Source: an uncultured Phycisphaerales bacterium
GTDB taxonomy: Bacteria; Planctomycetota; Phycisphaerae; Sedimentisphaerales; Anaerobacaceae
NCBI GenBank assembly: GCA_963772725.1
Contig: CAVYYI010000003.1
Span: 736,001-800,000 of the forward strand
Length of the DNA: 64,000 nucleotides
Reading direction: 5' to 3'
A program made the translations under genes and the position numbers. Of the stretch, positions 1 through 9,252 are shown piece by piece. The stretch's first letter is position 1. The number at the start of each line of letters is the position of its first letter. The notes beneath the pieces were generated by a model that worked only from the letters and a program-made list of their open reading frames with translations, had not been told where the DNA came from and made no database searches.

Positions 1-703
1 GCTTTCCAACTACATCCGAAAACCGTGCTAAAACTTTGCTGTTAATTTGAGTTTGGTCTTCAAAAATAGCGGTACTTTTAAAATCATACCCCCATCTCTC
101 GAATTGATGAAGCGTAATTGTGGCATCTCTACATTTATCATCGTTAGGTATAGCAAATATGAATAAAGGATGTTTCATTCCATTTACTTTGCAGTCTATA
201 GGGTATATACCATCTGGATCCTTTTGGGAATCAGTATAATTGAAAACACGTCTTGCACCCGGAATTCTTTCCTCAATCAATTGTCTGAAATCTTCCCAAA
301 AAGTTGATCTAACATGTTCCCTTGTCCAATATGCCGTATCACTGATTTTCACTAAAGCTTGTACAAACGAGAAAAGAGCATCACCAAATGATTTGTCCGG
401 TACATTCAATGAAAATTCGCCGGATTCATTTCGCACTCTAAAATTAAGCAGTGTCTGTTCAATTATGCTTTTACGTGTTCCACGGGAAACATCTACTTCA
501 TCGTAACTGAGATGCATAAGAGTATGGCCTTCGTCAGAGTAAACCCAATTATTATCCAGTCTCTTAAGTACTATTACAAAATGATCTCCATCATCAAACA
601 TAAAAGGTGTGTAAACGATAAAACGTTCCAAACCCTCCGATTCAACATCAATTTCATCACAAACTTTTTGTTTAAGTTCTTTTTTAAGTTCTGTAGCATT
701 CAT
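1..703 (-). CDS. DUF1828-like protein (runs off the left edge; not in the ORF track)
   Basis: Manual translation from ATG at 703: MNATELKKELKQKVCDEIDVESEGLERFIVYTPFMFDDGDHFVIVLKR. The TPFxxxDGD motif is typical of DUF1828. ATGA overlap with the upstream stop. Confidence 0.7.
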   Translation of the reverse strand, partial: MNATELKKELKQKVCDEIDVESEGLERFIVYTPFMFDDGDHFVIVLKRLDNNWVYSDEGHTLMHLSYDEVDVSRGTRKSIIEQTLLNFRVRNESGEFSLNVPDKSFGDALFSFVQALVKISDTAYWTREHVRSTFWEDFRQLIEERIPGARRVFNYTDSQKDPDGIYPIDCKVNGMKHPLFIFAIPNDDKCRDATITLHQFERWGYDFKSTAIFEDQTQINSKVLARFSDVVGK

Positions 704-1218
704 TTTGAATCTCCTTCAACATCAAAGAGAGATGGTTCCTGATTAAGTAATAAAAATCCGTTCATACGAATAAAAGCATCTAAAGCCGTACCAATAGAAG
801 AATACTCCTTTGTAACTTCCGCATAACCATCAATTTTTAGACCTTCATCCTGATATCGCTGTGTCGCCGTATGTATATGAAACATATTCCTAAAGCTACT
901 ATTGGATTTACCTTCCATCTTTTCAAGTCTGTTTGTATGTGACGAAGGATGTTTACCATTAAACCGTCTGATTCTATATTCAACACTATCATCATCGATG
1001 AATATAAGAATAATGGAAAAATCCAGTGGGTTTATAATATTTTCACGAACTATTATTCGAAACTTATGCCCCTGCTCACCTTGTATATCAAAATCTCGTT
1101 TTTTATAACTCAAATTTGGAACGGGACGTGGTTCTAATCTCAGTTCCCAGTTTTTAGGTAAAGGCTTATGTTCTGTTAATAACTCACTGATTTCTGAATC
1201 TTTAAGAACTCTTGCCAT
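700..1218 (-). CDS. Hypothetical protein, translationally coupled partner of the DUF1828-like gene
   Basis: 172-aa AT-rich ORF with RxNGxH..HxN and FHIH motifs; its stop overlaps the next ATG. Confidence 0.7.
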   Translation of the reverse strand: MARVLKDSEISELLTEHKPLPKNWELRLEPRPVPNLSYKKRDFDIQGEQGHKFRIIVRENIINPLDFSIILIFIDDDSVEYRIRRFNGKHPSSHTNRLEKMEGKSNSSFRNMFHIHTATQRYQDEGLKIDGYAEVTKEYSSIGTALDAFIRMNGFLLLNQEPSLFDVEGDSK

Positions 1219-1400
1219 TTTCTAAACTTCCCAGTTTTTTTCCTATTTGCCTGCAATTGTCATATAATTTTATTATGTGACGAACACAACGATTATATAT
1301 GATAGCTAATAATACTGCTTAAAGTCAAATATGTTTTTACAAAGCATTTCTTTTGTTCTATTATTACTTATCATCGGCCAAGATTTAGTTACTCATAAAA

Positions 1401-1817
1401 TTATTTTTCCTCCGCCAGCACATTGAGTAGCCGCATAGCCGTCGAGTCGCTTAAATGTATCTCGCGAGCATCCCCATCATCCTTTTCCGGCTCATTGCTT
1501 TTCTCTGCCGATCTCGCAAACGAGATAATATCCAGGCACGCATGCCGCGCTGTTTCCTCCTTTTCAGATTCGGTCAGCGCGACAAGCTTCGCCGCAGCCA
1601 GCGGGGCGTACTTGGCGATAATCATTTCGCTGTGTCTGCTGAACCATTCAATGCGCCTGCCGAACTCCGCCTCGAACTCCAGCTGAGTTCGCCACTTCTC
1701 ATAGACCGCCCTGTCGATGCCGTGCTTTTCAAGAATCGCGCCCTCATCCATCTCCCCGCTGAACATATCATCTATCACCGCCCGCTGCCTTTTGCTCAAT
1801 CGTTTTTCCCTGCCCAT
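1401..1817 (-). CDS. Phage-type HTH protein (terminase small subunit-like)
   Basis: N-terminal HTH-like segment (AILEKHGIDRAVYEKW) followed by helical AAAKLVAL..ARHACLDII; AGGAG RBS upstream. Confidence 0.5.
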   Translation of the reverse strand: MGREKRLSKRQRAVIDDMFSGEMDEGAILEKHGIDRAVYEKWRTQLEFEAEFGRRIEWFSRHSEMIIAKYAPLAAAKLVALTESEKEETARHACLDIISFARSAEKSNEPEKDDGDAREIHLSDSTAMRLLNVLAEEK

Positions 1818-1847
1818 AACGCAAAACTCCTGATTTCAATTTAGGAT

Positions 1848-2277
1848 TTATTCTGTCTTCTGTATTCTGTCTACCGAATTCTCTTCCATCACCCATTCGT
1901 ACGCCTGCGGGTCTTTGTCCTTTGCCCAGGGCAACTTCATTATGCCCCTCATCTGCTTGATGCGTTCTTCCCGAGGCCAGTTCGTGCGTACATTTTTCCA
2001 GAACTCATCTGCTGTAATGGGGTTTTTGGGCTTCTGAAACTCGTGCTGGTTTTTACCCGGCGTTTTCATCGCCTTGAGCCTGTCAAGAATCCTTTTACTG
2101 CTTGGGCGCCGGGTCATCGAGAACCTTGTGGTCTCTGACCGCTTTTGTCAGCATCGCCTCATCGTAACTGCCCAGCGCGGAAAACCAGTCATTCAGCACA
2201 AAGCTTTCAATGTCCCATTCAGGCCATCTTGCCGCAACCTGTTCGATAAACCATTGATTAAACTCATTTAGCTCCAC
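1848..2277 (-). CDS. Phage-like hypothetical protein, one apparent frameshift near 2105-2110
   Basis: GGAGG RBS then GTG at 2277 (VELNEFNQW...HKVLDDPA) continues in another frame as RPSSKRILDRLK (ORF 1848..2117). The break is at GGCGCC. Confidence 0.45.
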
Positions 2278-2830
2278 TTTCCAAAAACCTCCTGCTCTCT
2301 GCTTGCAAAGCCGCTTGTGCCCGCTTGCGCCTAATCTGGCTAAAAGTCTTAATTTTGTTTTCAGAAGAAAAAGAGGGGTTGCAATTACCATTCTTTTCAT
2401 TCTTTTCATTATTAACATTATTGTCTGTGTTCGGTCGTTGTTCGGTCGTTGTTCGATTGATGTTCGTTAGTTGTCCGCTTGGTGTCCGCACGTTGTTATA
2501 TCTGCTGTAATTACAGACAGTTATGCGAGTCGTTACCTGTTCGGTTTTGAGTTCAACCATGTGTTCGTTTTTTAACAAGTTTAAAAACCTTACTACTTTC
2601 GACCTCAACCATTTCCAGCGTTTCGACCACGTCAAAAGGGACTTGAGCGATTCGCCGTAATTGCTGGTCAGAGACGTCATTCCGATAACAACCTGTTGGG
2701 GTTCGTGATTGTGTTGAGCCTCCATGAGAATATCGAGCCATGCCTCGGCCTTGGAGAATGAGCGTTTTTCCTTCCATAGAAAATTGTCCCTGATTTTCCT
2801 ATGCAGAGCTATGTAACCCAGATTTTTCAT
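2264..2830 (-). CDS. Phage replication initiator / replisome organiser-like protein
   Basis: GYIALHRKI..W..AEAWLDILMEA..RWKW..KVVRFL..L...M..TRITVCNYSRY is the characteristic N-terminal wHTH of phage Rep proteins, followed by a T/N-rich linker. Confidence 0.7.
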   Translation of the reverse strand: MKNLGYIALHRKIRDNFLWKEKRSFSKAEAWLDILMEAQHNHEPQQVVIGMTSLTSNYGESLKSLLTWSKRWKWLRSKVVRFLNLLKNEHMVELKTEQVTTRITVCNYSRYNNVRTPSGQLTNINRTTTEQRPNTDNNVNNEKNEKNGNCNPSFSSENKIKTFSQIRRKRAQAALQAESRRFLESGAK

Positions 2831-2842
2831 ATTCGTATTCCT

Positions 2843-3439
2843 CTATTGACCGGTAAATTCTTTTGCGATTCTTGTAATCGCCTCAGCACGGCGTGCCGCT
2901 TTTGTGCCGCCTTTACTCATCGCCTTTTCAAGAGCCTGTTCAATAATCTCCCGCTCAGCGCCGCTTACAAAAAACACCAAAGACTCAATCAAACATCCTT
3001 TCGTCTCCGCGGGCCTTTCAGGCATTTTCATATTGATAAGCTGCTCAATCTGTCCCGCCGTCTGCGGCAGGAGCCTGCCGAGTTCGCCCGCCGCCATTTT
3101 CTCACGCAGCCTTTTCAATAACGCTAACTTTTTATCGAGTATGTCTGTTCCGCCCAGCCGGTTAAGAGTCGTCAACAGAATGTCCGTCTGCACATCGTCA
3201 ACATCCCACACGACACAATCAGCGGCCTGGTATTTAAGCTGCATCAGCGCCTTGCGCCGATGATGCCCGTTAATAATCTCAAAACACCCCTGCCTTTTCG
3301 GGTGAGGCCGAACAACCAGCGGCTCATATCTGCCCGTCCGCTCAATGTTGCGAACCAGCTTGGCGAAATTCGCCTTGCTCATCCTGTTCGGATTGTCAGG
3401 ATGTTCAAAAAGTTTTGACAATTCTATCGAATACAACAT
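2843..3439 (-). CDS. ParB/Srx N-terminal domain protein
   Basis: HPDNPN..L..NI...G..EPLVVR..EIINGHHR motif. Confidence 0.8.
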   Translation of the reverse strand: MLYSIELSKLFEHPDNPNRMSKANFAKLVRNIERTGRYEPLVVRPHPKRQGCFEIINGHHRRKALMQLKYQAADCVVWDVDDVQTDILLTTLNRLGGTDILDKKLALLKRLREKMAAGELGRLLPQTAGQIEQLINMKMPERPAETKGCLIESLVFFVSGAEREIIEQALEKAMSKGGTKAARRAEAITRIAKEFTGQ

Positions 3440-3451
3440 TTTCCAATTTCC

Positions 3452-4165
3452 TTATTCTGCCTGCTGGATTCTGTGTTCTTCTTTAAACCAAATGTAATAA
3501 AAAGGCCTGTGCGTAAGCCTGCTCAGCACAAATCTTGTCCGTTCAATGCCCGCTTTCGCGACGCTGCTTTTGCCGTAACTCTGCAAAAAACGTCTTATCT
3601 CCGGCTCAATAAAATCCCGCCTTGCCGTGTCCAGTTCTTCAATCCGCCGATGAACATCCGTGGTATCGTGTAATTCATCTCGCTCGATGCCGACCGCACT
3701 TAAGGCCTCAATCAGCCTGGCAGACCGTAACGGCGTACCCCCCTCGTACGCCGTCATACCGGCCTTTTCAAAAAATGGATTGACCTGCCCCATCACCGCC
3801 ATCGCCTCAACTATCGGCACATTCAACAGCGCCATCGTCTCACGCACCAGCCGCACCGCCAAACCCAGCCCGCGATAACGCGGCTCGATTATCACCCGCG
3901 AAATACACCGGATATTTTTATTGATAACCGCCATCTGCGTCCGCCTGTCCAGCCCGCTGAACATCCCGCCGGTTGCCGCTCCGCGAAGCTCCGCAGCCAA
4001 CACAGGCATCGTATAAATAATCACGCCGATGCCCGGCCTGATTGCGTATATCGCCGCCACAGGCCCGCAGTCGCTGTCTCTATAATGAAACCGCGACAGC
4101 CGTTTATAGTCCCCGATGTCGCCGCGGACAATCTCAAGTTTTCTGGCCACGCTGCACGTATGCAT
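3452..4165 (-). CDS. GNAT-fold acetyltransferase (type usually linked to ABC ATPases)
   Basis: FHY motif; ISRVIIEPRYRGLGLA acetyl-CoA-binding motif A; AVMGQVNPFFEKAGM. Confidence 0.75.
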   Translation of the reverse strand: MHTCSVARKLEIVRGDIGDYKRLSRFHYRDSDCGPVAAIYAIRPGIGVIIYTMPVLAAELRGAATGGMFSGLDRRTQMAVINKNIRCISRVIIEPRYRGLGLAVRLVRETMALLNVPIVEAMAVMGQVNPFFEKAGMTAYEGGTPLRSARLIEALSAVGIERDELHDTTDVHRRIEELDTARRDFIEPEIRRFLQSYGKSSVAKAGIERTRFVLSRLTHRPFYYIWFKEEHRIQQAE

Positions 4166-4188
4166 CTTTTGTCTTTCGATTTATATTC

Positions 4189-4358
4189 TCAAACTGACCG
4201 ATTTTTGAGTAAAAAGCTGCATAACATTATATTAAACATAAAGTGATAGCTATTAAGCCATCGCTGCTTGTTTGTCATTCCCGCGAAAGCGGGAATCCAT
4301 TCTCTTAAAACTGGATACCTGCTTCCGCAGGTATGACAAGTCGAGTCGGTCAGTTTGA
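4189..4358. repeat. 170-bp element bounded by perfect 13-bp inverted repeats TCAAACTGACCGA
   Basis: 4189-4201 and 4346-4358 are reverse complements; related hairpins at 26149-26175 and 62330-62351. Confidence 0.7.
4273..4338. repeat. REP-like palindromic element (ATTCCC-N8-GGGAAT type), copy 1
   Basis: TGTCATTCCCGCGAAAGCGGGAATCCA...TGGATACCTGCTTCCGCAGGTATGACA; second copy at 17172-17242. Confidence 0.85.
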
Positions 4359-4399
4359 ATTATATTGATATTTCTTCGCGTCGAAGCTAATATAATCCT

Positions 4400-4873
4400 A
4401 TGAACATAAAGCCATCCATAAAACTTATAATCTCCTGCGGCCTGTGCTTAGCCTCCGGCCTGGTGGGCTCGCTTTTCACAGGCTCGGTTACTTCCTGGTA
4501 TCAAACTCTCAATAGGCCGCCATTTTCGCCGCCCGACTGGATTTTCGCTCCCGTCTGGACGACCCTCTATATCCTGATGGGCGTATCCGCGTTTCTCATC
4601 TGGCAAAAAGGCCTCGATAAACCCATCGTCCGAATTTCCCTGTCGATTTTCCTGACTCAGCTTGTCCTGAATATACTCTGGACTCCGCTTTTTTTCGGCC
4701 TGAAAATGCCGCTCCTGGCTTTGATAGAACTTCTTGCCCTTATCGCCGCGGTACTTCTGACCATATTTTATTTCAAAAAGCTTTCTAACCTCGCCGCCGG
4801 ACTGCTCATCCCTTATTTACTCTGGATTACGTTCGCCGCCGTTCTCAACGCCTCTATCTGCGTACTCAACTAA
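4400..4873 (+). CDS. tspO: TspO/MBR family tryptophan-rich sensory protein
   Basis: WYQTLNRPPFSPPDWIFAPVWTTLY and LLIPYLLWITFAAVLN motifs; five hydrophobic segments. Confidence 0.93.
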   Translation: MNIKPSIKLIISCGLCLASGLVGSLFTGSVTSWYQTLNRPPFSPPDWIFAPVWTTLYILMGVSAFLIWQKGLDKPIVRISLSIFLTQLVLNILWTPLFFGLKMPLLALIELLALIAAVLLTIFYFKKLSNLAAGLLIPYLLWITFAAVLNASICVLN

Positions 4874-4877
4874 ACTT

Positions 4878-5525
4878 CTATATTCTGTGTCCTGTCTTAT
4901 AAATCACTTCCGTACCGCCGGACAGTTCCCTGCAAATCAATACATCCGGCTGCAAATCCGCTAAAATATCCTGATGACTCGACGCCAGCACAAAGGTCGT
5001 CTTATGCTTTTTCGCGAAACGATAAACGTTGTACGCAATCACACACGCCGTTATCCTGTCGAGGTTTGTGCCGAACTCATCAGCGAAAATATATTTCTTC
5101 CCCGCACTCATCGCCATCGCCAGGCGAAACCGGTACTTCTCCCCCTCGCTGAGATTGCAGGGCTGATTCAAAACACAGAATACATCATTGAGCCCCGCAA
5201 CGCTAAGCAGCCTTAAGCTCTCTAAAAATCCGCCTTCAACGCAGTCAATCACAGCCTTATCCGCAGGCAGCGCAATCTCATCGAGATTTATCCTTTCTTC
5301 AGTAGGCGTCGCCTTTTCTATCTCTCGCAGCAGCACACTCTTGCCCGCACCCGAAGGGCCGGTTATAAAAACAATGTCACCCGCCCCAGCCTCGAATCCG
5401 CATTTATGCTCGACGGCCCGACTCCTCAGTCGCTCAGCTGTTACCCCGAACATCCGCATCACCGCCGCCGCCTTGTCGCTTATCCGCCCATCCCACCCGA
5501 ACTTCTTGGCTACATCATATAACAT
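4878..5525 (-). CDS. Stand-alone ABC-type ATPase (non-transport type)
   Basis: Walker A GPSGAGKS, variant signature LSEGEKYRFRLA, Walker B IFADEF, H-loop SSHQD; no permease nearby. Confidence 0.85.
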   Translation of the reverse strand: MLYDVAKKFGWDGRISDKAAAVMRMFGVTAERLRSRAVEHKCGFEAGAGDIVFITGPSGAGKSVLLREIEKATPTEERINLDEIALPADKAVIDCVEGGFLESLRLLSVAGLNDVFCVLNQPCNLSEGEKYRFRLAMAMSAGKKYIFADEFGTNLDRITACVIAYNVYRFAKKHKTTFVLASSHQDILADLQPDVLICRELSGGTEVIYKTGHRI

Positions 5526-5624
5526 ATCAGTGTCATCCGTGTAATCCGCGATTAAATTTTTTTCTGTATCCTTGCTGTTTGCGTACGGATTCTTCGTACC
5601 ATCTTGCCCGCCGCGTAATAACTA

Positions 5625-7110
5625 GTCGTCCCTGAAAAATAATTTAACTTTTTTGTATATAAAGGCTTGCAATTTAAAAATCTGGCATAAATTGCAAGGA
5701 AATGATATTTATTATTAATTTCCTTGCAAAACATGGAGGTTTTTATGCAGCCTAAACAACAAAGCAATTCCCAGTCAATGTTATTCACCTCGAAGCTGGA
5801 GCAGATACTAAACGAGCAGCATCCTTTATATAAACTGGCAAATATCATCATCTGGTCAGAGTTTGATGCCGCCTTCGGTAAACTCTATGATCCGGGCTTC
5901 GGCAGACCAGCCAAACCCACCCGCCTTATGGCAGGACTTCATTATCTCAAAAGCGCATATAATCTCAGCGATGAGTCTGTAGTTGAGAGATGGATAGAGA
6001 ATCCTTACTGGCAGTATTTTTGCGGAGAGCAATATTTTCAGCATGAATTTCCGATTGACCCAACCAGTATGACCAAATGGCGTAACCGGATTAAGGACGC
6101 TGGTATGGAAAAGCTGCTTGAGCAGACCATAAGCGCAGGCCTTAAAACCGGCACAGTTAAACCGCATCAGTTAAAAAAGATAGTAGTCGATACAACGGTG
6201 CAGGAAAAGGCGACAGCCTTTCCGACCGATGCACGTCTTTATCATAAGATGAGAGTAAAGCTTGTCAAAAAGGCACAGGATAATGACATAGAACTTCGGC
6301 AGAGTTATCAGAGGGTAGCCAAAAGGGCTTTTGTTATGCAGCACAGATTTTCACACGCCAGGCAGTTCAAAAAAGCGGATAAGCAATTAAGGAAACTAAA
6401 GACCTGTCTGGGAAGAGTTACAAGGGATATAGAGCGTAAGATATTGCAGAAGCCTCAATTGCAGCAGGAGTTTTCAGAATTGCTCGATATGTCCAGGAGG
6501 TTATTATCCCAGAAACGGGACAGCAGTAACAAGCTATACAGTATTCACGCGCCGGAGGTTAACTGCATAAGCAAGGGCAAGGCACACAAGAAGTATGAGT
6601 TTGGCTGTAAGGTGGCACTGGCGTCTCCCGCTCAAAACGCCTTTGTAGTCGCAGCGGTTGCTTTTGAAGGGAATCCATATGATGGACATACGTTAAAAGA
6701 TACACTCTCCCAGACGATGAAACTGCTGGATAAAAAAGGTTTTGAAGATGTTTATGTTGATGATGGGTACAAAGGTCATGGCTGTGGAGATATTGCGGAG
6801 GTTCATATCGTCAAAAGGGGCTGGCGAAAGCTGCCGAGAAGTATTCGAAAGTGGTACAGCAGGCGAAGTATGATTGAGCCTGTGATAGGACATTGTAAAT
6901 CTGATAACGGTCTGGACAGAAACTACCTCAAGGGCGTCGAAGGCGATAAGGTTAATGCGATATTGAGTGCTTGCGGGTTTAATATCCGCAAGTTGCTGCG
7001 GAAAATTATTTTTTGGCTTTGCCGGTTTATTCAAAATTTGGGGCTGTCGGCAGAATTTGCCCAGCTTACATATGCCGCCTGAAACTGAAATCTACTTTTT
7101 CAGGGACGAC
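5625..7110 (+). mobile_element. IS5-family insertion sequence, copy 1
   Basis: 15-bp terminal IR GTCGTCCCTGAAAAA; 6-bp target duplication TAACTA (5619-5624 and 7111-7116). Confidence 0.95.
5745..7082 (+). CDS. IS5-family DDE transposase
   Basis: GRP..LSDE..W.ENPYWQYFCG, VDTTVQEK, KYEFGCK, YVDDGYKG, RSMIEPVIGH motifs; GGAGG RBS before ATG 5745. Confidence 0.95.
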   Translation: MQPKQQSNSQSMLFTSKLEQILNEQHPLYKLANIIIWSEFDAAFGKLYDPGFGRPAKPTRLMAGLHYLKSAYNLSDESVVERWIENPYWQYFCGEQYFQHEFPIDPTSMTKWRNRIKDAGMEKLLEQTISAGLKTGTVKPHQLKKIVVDTTVQEKATAFPTDARLYHKMRVKLVKKAQDNDIELRQSYQRVAKRAFVMQHRFSHARQFKKADKQLRKLKTCLGRVTRDIERKILQKPQLQQEFSELLDMSRRLLSQKRDSSNKLYSIHAPEVNCISKGKAHKKYEFGCKVALASPAQNAFVVAAVAFEGNPYDGHTLKDTLSQTMKLLDKKGFEDVYVDDGYKGHGCGDIAEVHIVKRGWRKLPRSIRKWYSRRSMIEPVIGHCKSDNGLDRNYLKGVEGDKVNAILSACGFNIRKLLRKIIFWLCRFIQNLGLSAEFAQLTYAA

Positions 7111-7825
7111 TAACTAATCCCGTATCTTCCCGCGAGTGTCTTTATCGACAATCCCCGCAGAAAATAATCCCGCGCTATTCTCAGTTCCATCGCGCTGAAC
7201 TTAGCCCTGTTTACAAGACAGATATTATATTTCCCTTCGAAAAACCGCCCAATCGCCCTGCGTATCCGCCTGGACACGGTCGTTTCAGCGATACCCGAGA
7301 GTACCGCCATCTGATAAAAACTCGTCCCTTTGCTCAGATAAAGTTCCATAAGCACCCTGTCTCTGCCGCTAAGCAGCTTAGCGTTCTTTGCCAAAAGCTC
7401 CGTTCCATAACGCTCATCCGCATGGGCCTGATTATCCAAAACATCAGCACCTAACCTTTTCACCTCTTAGCCCCCTCATAATACTTAATGTTATATAATC
7501 ATTTAACAATAGCAGTATTTTAACATAATACAATACAAATAGCAAGCTTTTTTTGTGAAAATAAGTAAAATATTTTAAAATGTTTAATAAAAATCTAACT
7601 TTTAGCTCGCAATTTCTTGTGTTTAATCAAAAATCAAACAATAAGATTGCTTGTAGTCCAATAACATAAATATAATTTTCCCTAACCCATTTACATTACA
7701 GGACTTAGAATTGCTCTGCTTAAATTTGTTTTTTTACATTGAAACGAGGGAGGCTTTTTGTAGTATTATAAAAACTATCGGCTAACCGCCTACGACTAAT
7801 TTGCCGCTGGACAATGCAAAAAATA

Positions 7826-8010
7826 TTTTCGATTGCCGATTTTCGATTTGCGATTTATTTTAACTACGAATGAACCCCAGTGAGATAACGAAAGGCGTAT
7901 CTCACGGGGTAAACACGAAGAAATTTTGACAGGATATACGGGATTAAACTGGATATTCTTAGACACGGATTTTAAAAGATGCAAGACACAGGACACAAGA
8001 AAAAGCAAAA
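7826..8010 (+). repeat. Stack of short 7-mer and 9-mer tandem repeats with an embedded hairpin
   Basis: TTTTCGA/TTGCCGA/TTTTCGA/TTTGCGA; ACTACGAAT..AACACGAA split by the hairpin CCCCAGTGAGATA..TATCTCACGGGG; ACAGGAT/ACGGGAT/ACTGGAT; AAGACAC/AGGACAC. Confidence 0.65.
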
Positions 8011-8042
8011 ATAGCTTATGGCGCAATCGAAAGATTTCCAGG

Positions 8043-8133
8043 TGGACGAAAGGGAAACGAAAGTGTAAAATTATAATATGGTTCTTGAGATGGAAAAAGT
8101 TATAAGGAGTATGGCTAAAAATGGGGATTAATG
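8043..8133 (+). promoter_or_regulatory. Repeated ~90-bp promoter/leader module, copy A
   Basis: TGGACG-N17-TAAAAT followed by a leader homologous to 9105-9195 and 9710-9803. Confidence 0.7.
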
Positions 8134-9117
8134 AGTATGGCGTCATCAGATTATCGCAAATTAGGAATGGGAAAGCGGATTTTGTTTTATGCATTTATTT
8201 TAAATGTATTTGTCAATTGTGCTTGTTATTGTGAAACACCTGACTCAATTCAAATCAGTGTTTCAAAATCACAATTTAAAATAGGTGAACCTGTTATCGT
8301 AAGAATAGATGCCAAATTCCTTCAACCCAATATTTCGAAAACTGGCAAAGTATTAAACTCGAAAGAATTCGATGGATTTAGTCTGCAAATCAAAGAGGCA
8401 GATTCAAATGATGTCTTTACAATCTACAGGATATTGCCACGAAGACTATTTCTCGACGATGAATCAGGGTTACAATATAGCGAAAGCTTTATACTTTTTT
8501 ATGATTATAAGGCCAGGAAAATTATTTTTAATAAACCTTCGGCCTATGATATTAAATTGAAGGGCGAGACCAAATGTTCGAATATTCTTAGAATTACTAT
8601 TGACTCATCAGATCCTGACGAAAAAGCATTAGCGATATTAACAGAACCAAACGACTTTGCATTTTTAATGGTTGGCCTTTATAAGAATGATATAGCGGTT
8701 GATCATCTTGAACAAGTTGTTAAGCAGTGTGATGGAACAATATTAGCAACATGGTCGGCTGGGCGTTTGGGACTTGAATATTTTAATCAATTTCAGGAAC
8801 AGCATCCCAGTTATAAGACAGCAATAGAACATTTAAAAACGCCTGAACCGCACCTAAAGAAGGTTTTCCTTTACCTCAATAAAGCAGTGACGCTGCCTGA
8901 TGAATTTTCAATAAGGGCGGAAATTATTGAAAAACTTGTTAGTATAGAATTCATAAAGGGGAATTATGAAAAGGTAAATTTGTTGATTGATGAGGCGGCG
9001 CAGAAGTATCCGCACAGCGAGATTGGCAAAAATAGCCAGAAAGTGAAAGAGGAATTTAGAAGGGCGAGAGAAAAAGAGATACAAGAAATAAACAAACCTG
9101 CTGATGGACGGGAATGA
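8131..9117 (+). CDS. Hypothetical exported protein
   Basis: 328-aa AT-rich ORF; signal-peptide-like segment after MGKR; beta-rich N-terminal half and helical C-terminal half. Confidence 0.7.
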   Translation: MSMASSDYRKLGMGKRILFYAFILNVFVNCACYCETPDSIQISVSKSQFKIGEPVIVRIDAKFLQPNISKTGKVLNSKEFDGFSLQIKEADSNDVFTIYRILPRRLFLDDESGLQYSESFILFYDYKARKIIFNKPSAYDIKLKGETKCSNILRITIDSSDPDEKALAILTEPNDFAFLMVGLYKNDIAVDHLEQVVKQCDGTILATWSAGRLGLEYFNQFQEQHPSYKTAIEHLKTPEPHLKKVFLYLNKAVTLPDEFSIRAEIIEKLVSIEFIKGNYEKVNLLIDEAAQKYPHSEIGKNSQKVKEEFRRAREKEIQEINKPADGRE

Positions 9118-9195
9118 AATGGGAGGGTAAAATTATAAGGCGGTTTTTGAGTGGGAAAAAATTATATGGAGTACGGCTAAAGATAGAGATTAATA
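9105..9195 (+). promoter_or_regulatory. Repeated promoter/leader module, copy B
   Basis: TGGACG-N17-TAAAAT then TATAAGGCGGTTTTTGAGTGGGAAAAAATTATATGGAGTACGGCTAAAGATAGAGATTAAT, which aligns with copy A. Confidence 0.7.
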
Positions 9196-9252
9196 TTCTG
9201 AATAGGCAGGCTGAGGAAGAAAAGTAAAATGGTAATCTTGATAACAAAAAAC

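Larger units (their letters stand above)
5552..7463 (-). pseudogene. Double-HTH (sigma region 4-like) regulator interrupted by IS5
   Basis: ORF 7463-7110 ends ...LAGRYGIS at the IS boundary. Removing the IS and one TAACTA restores YYAAGKMVRRIRTQTARIQKKI* ending at 5552. Confidence 0.8.

Noticed and set aside
1401..7463. Intact prophage
   Set aside because: No integrase, large terminase, capsid, tail or lysis genes within the window.
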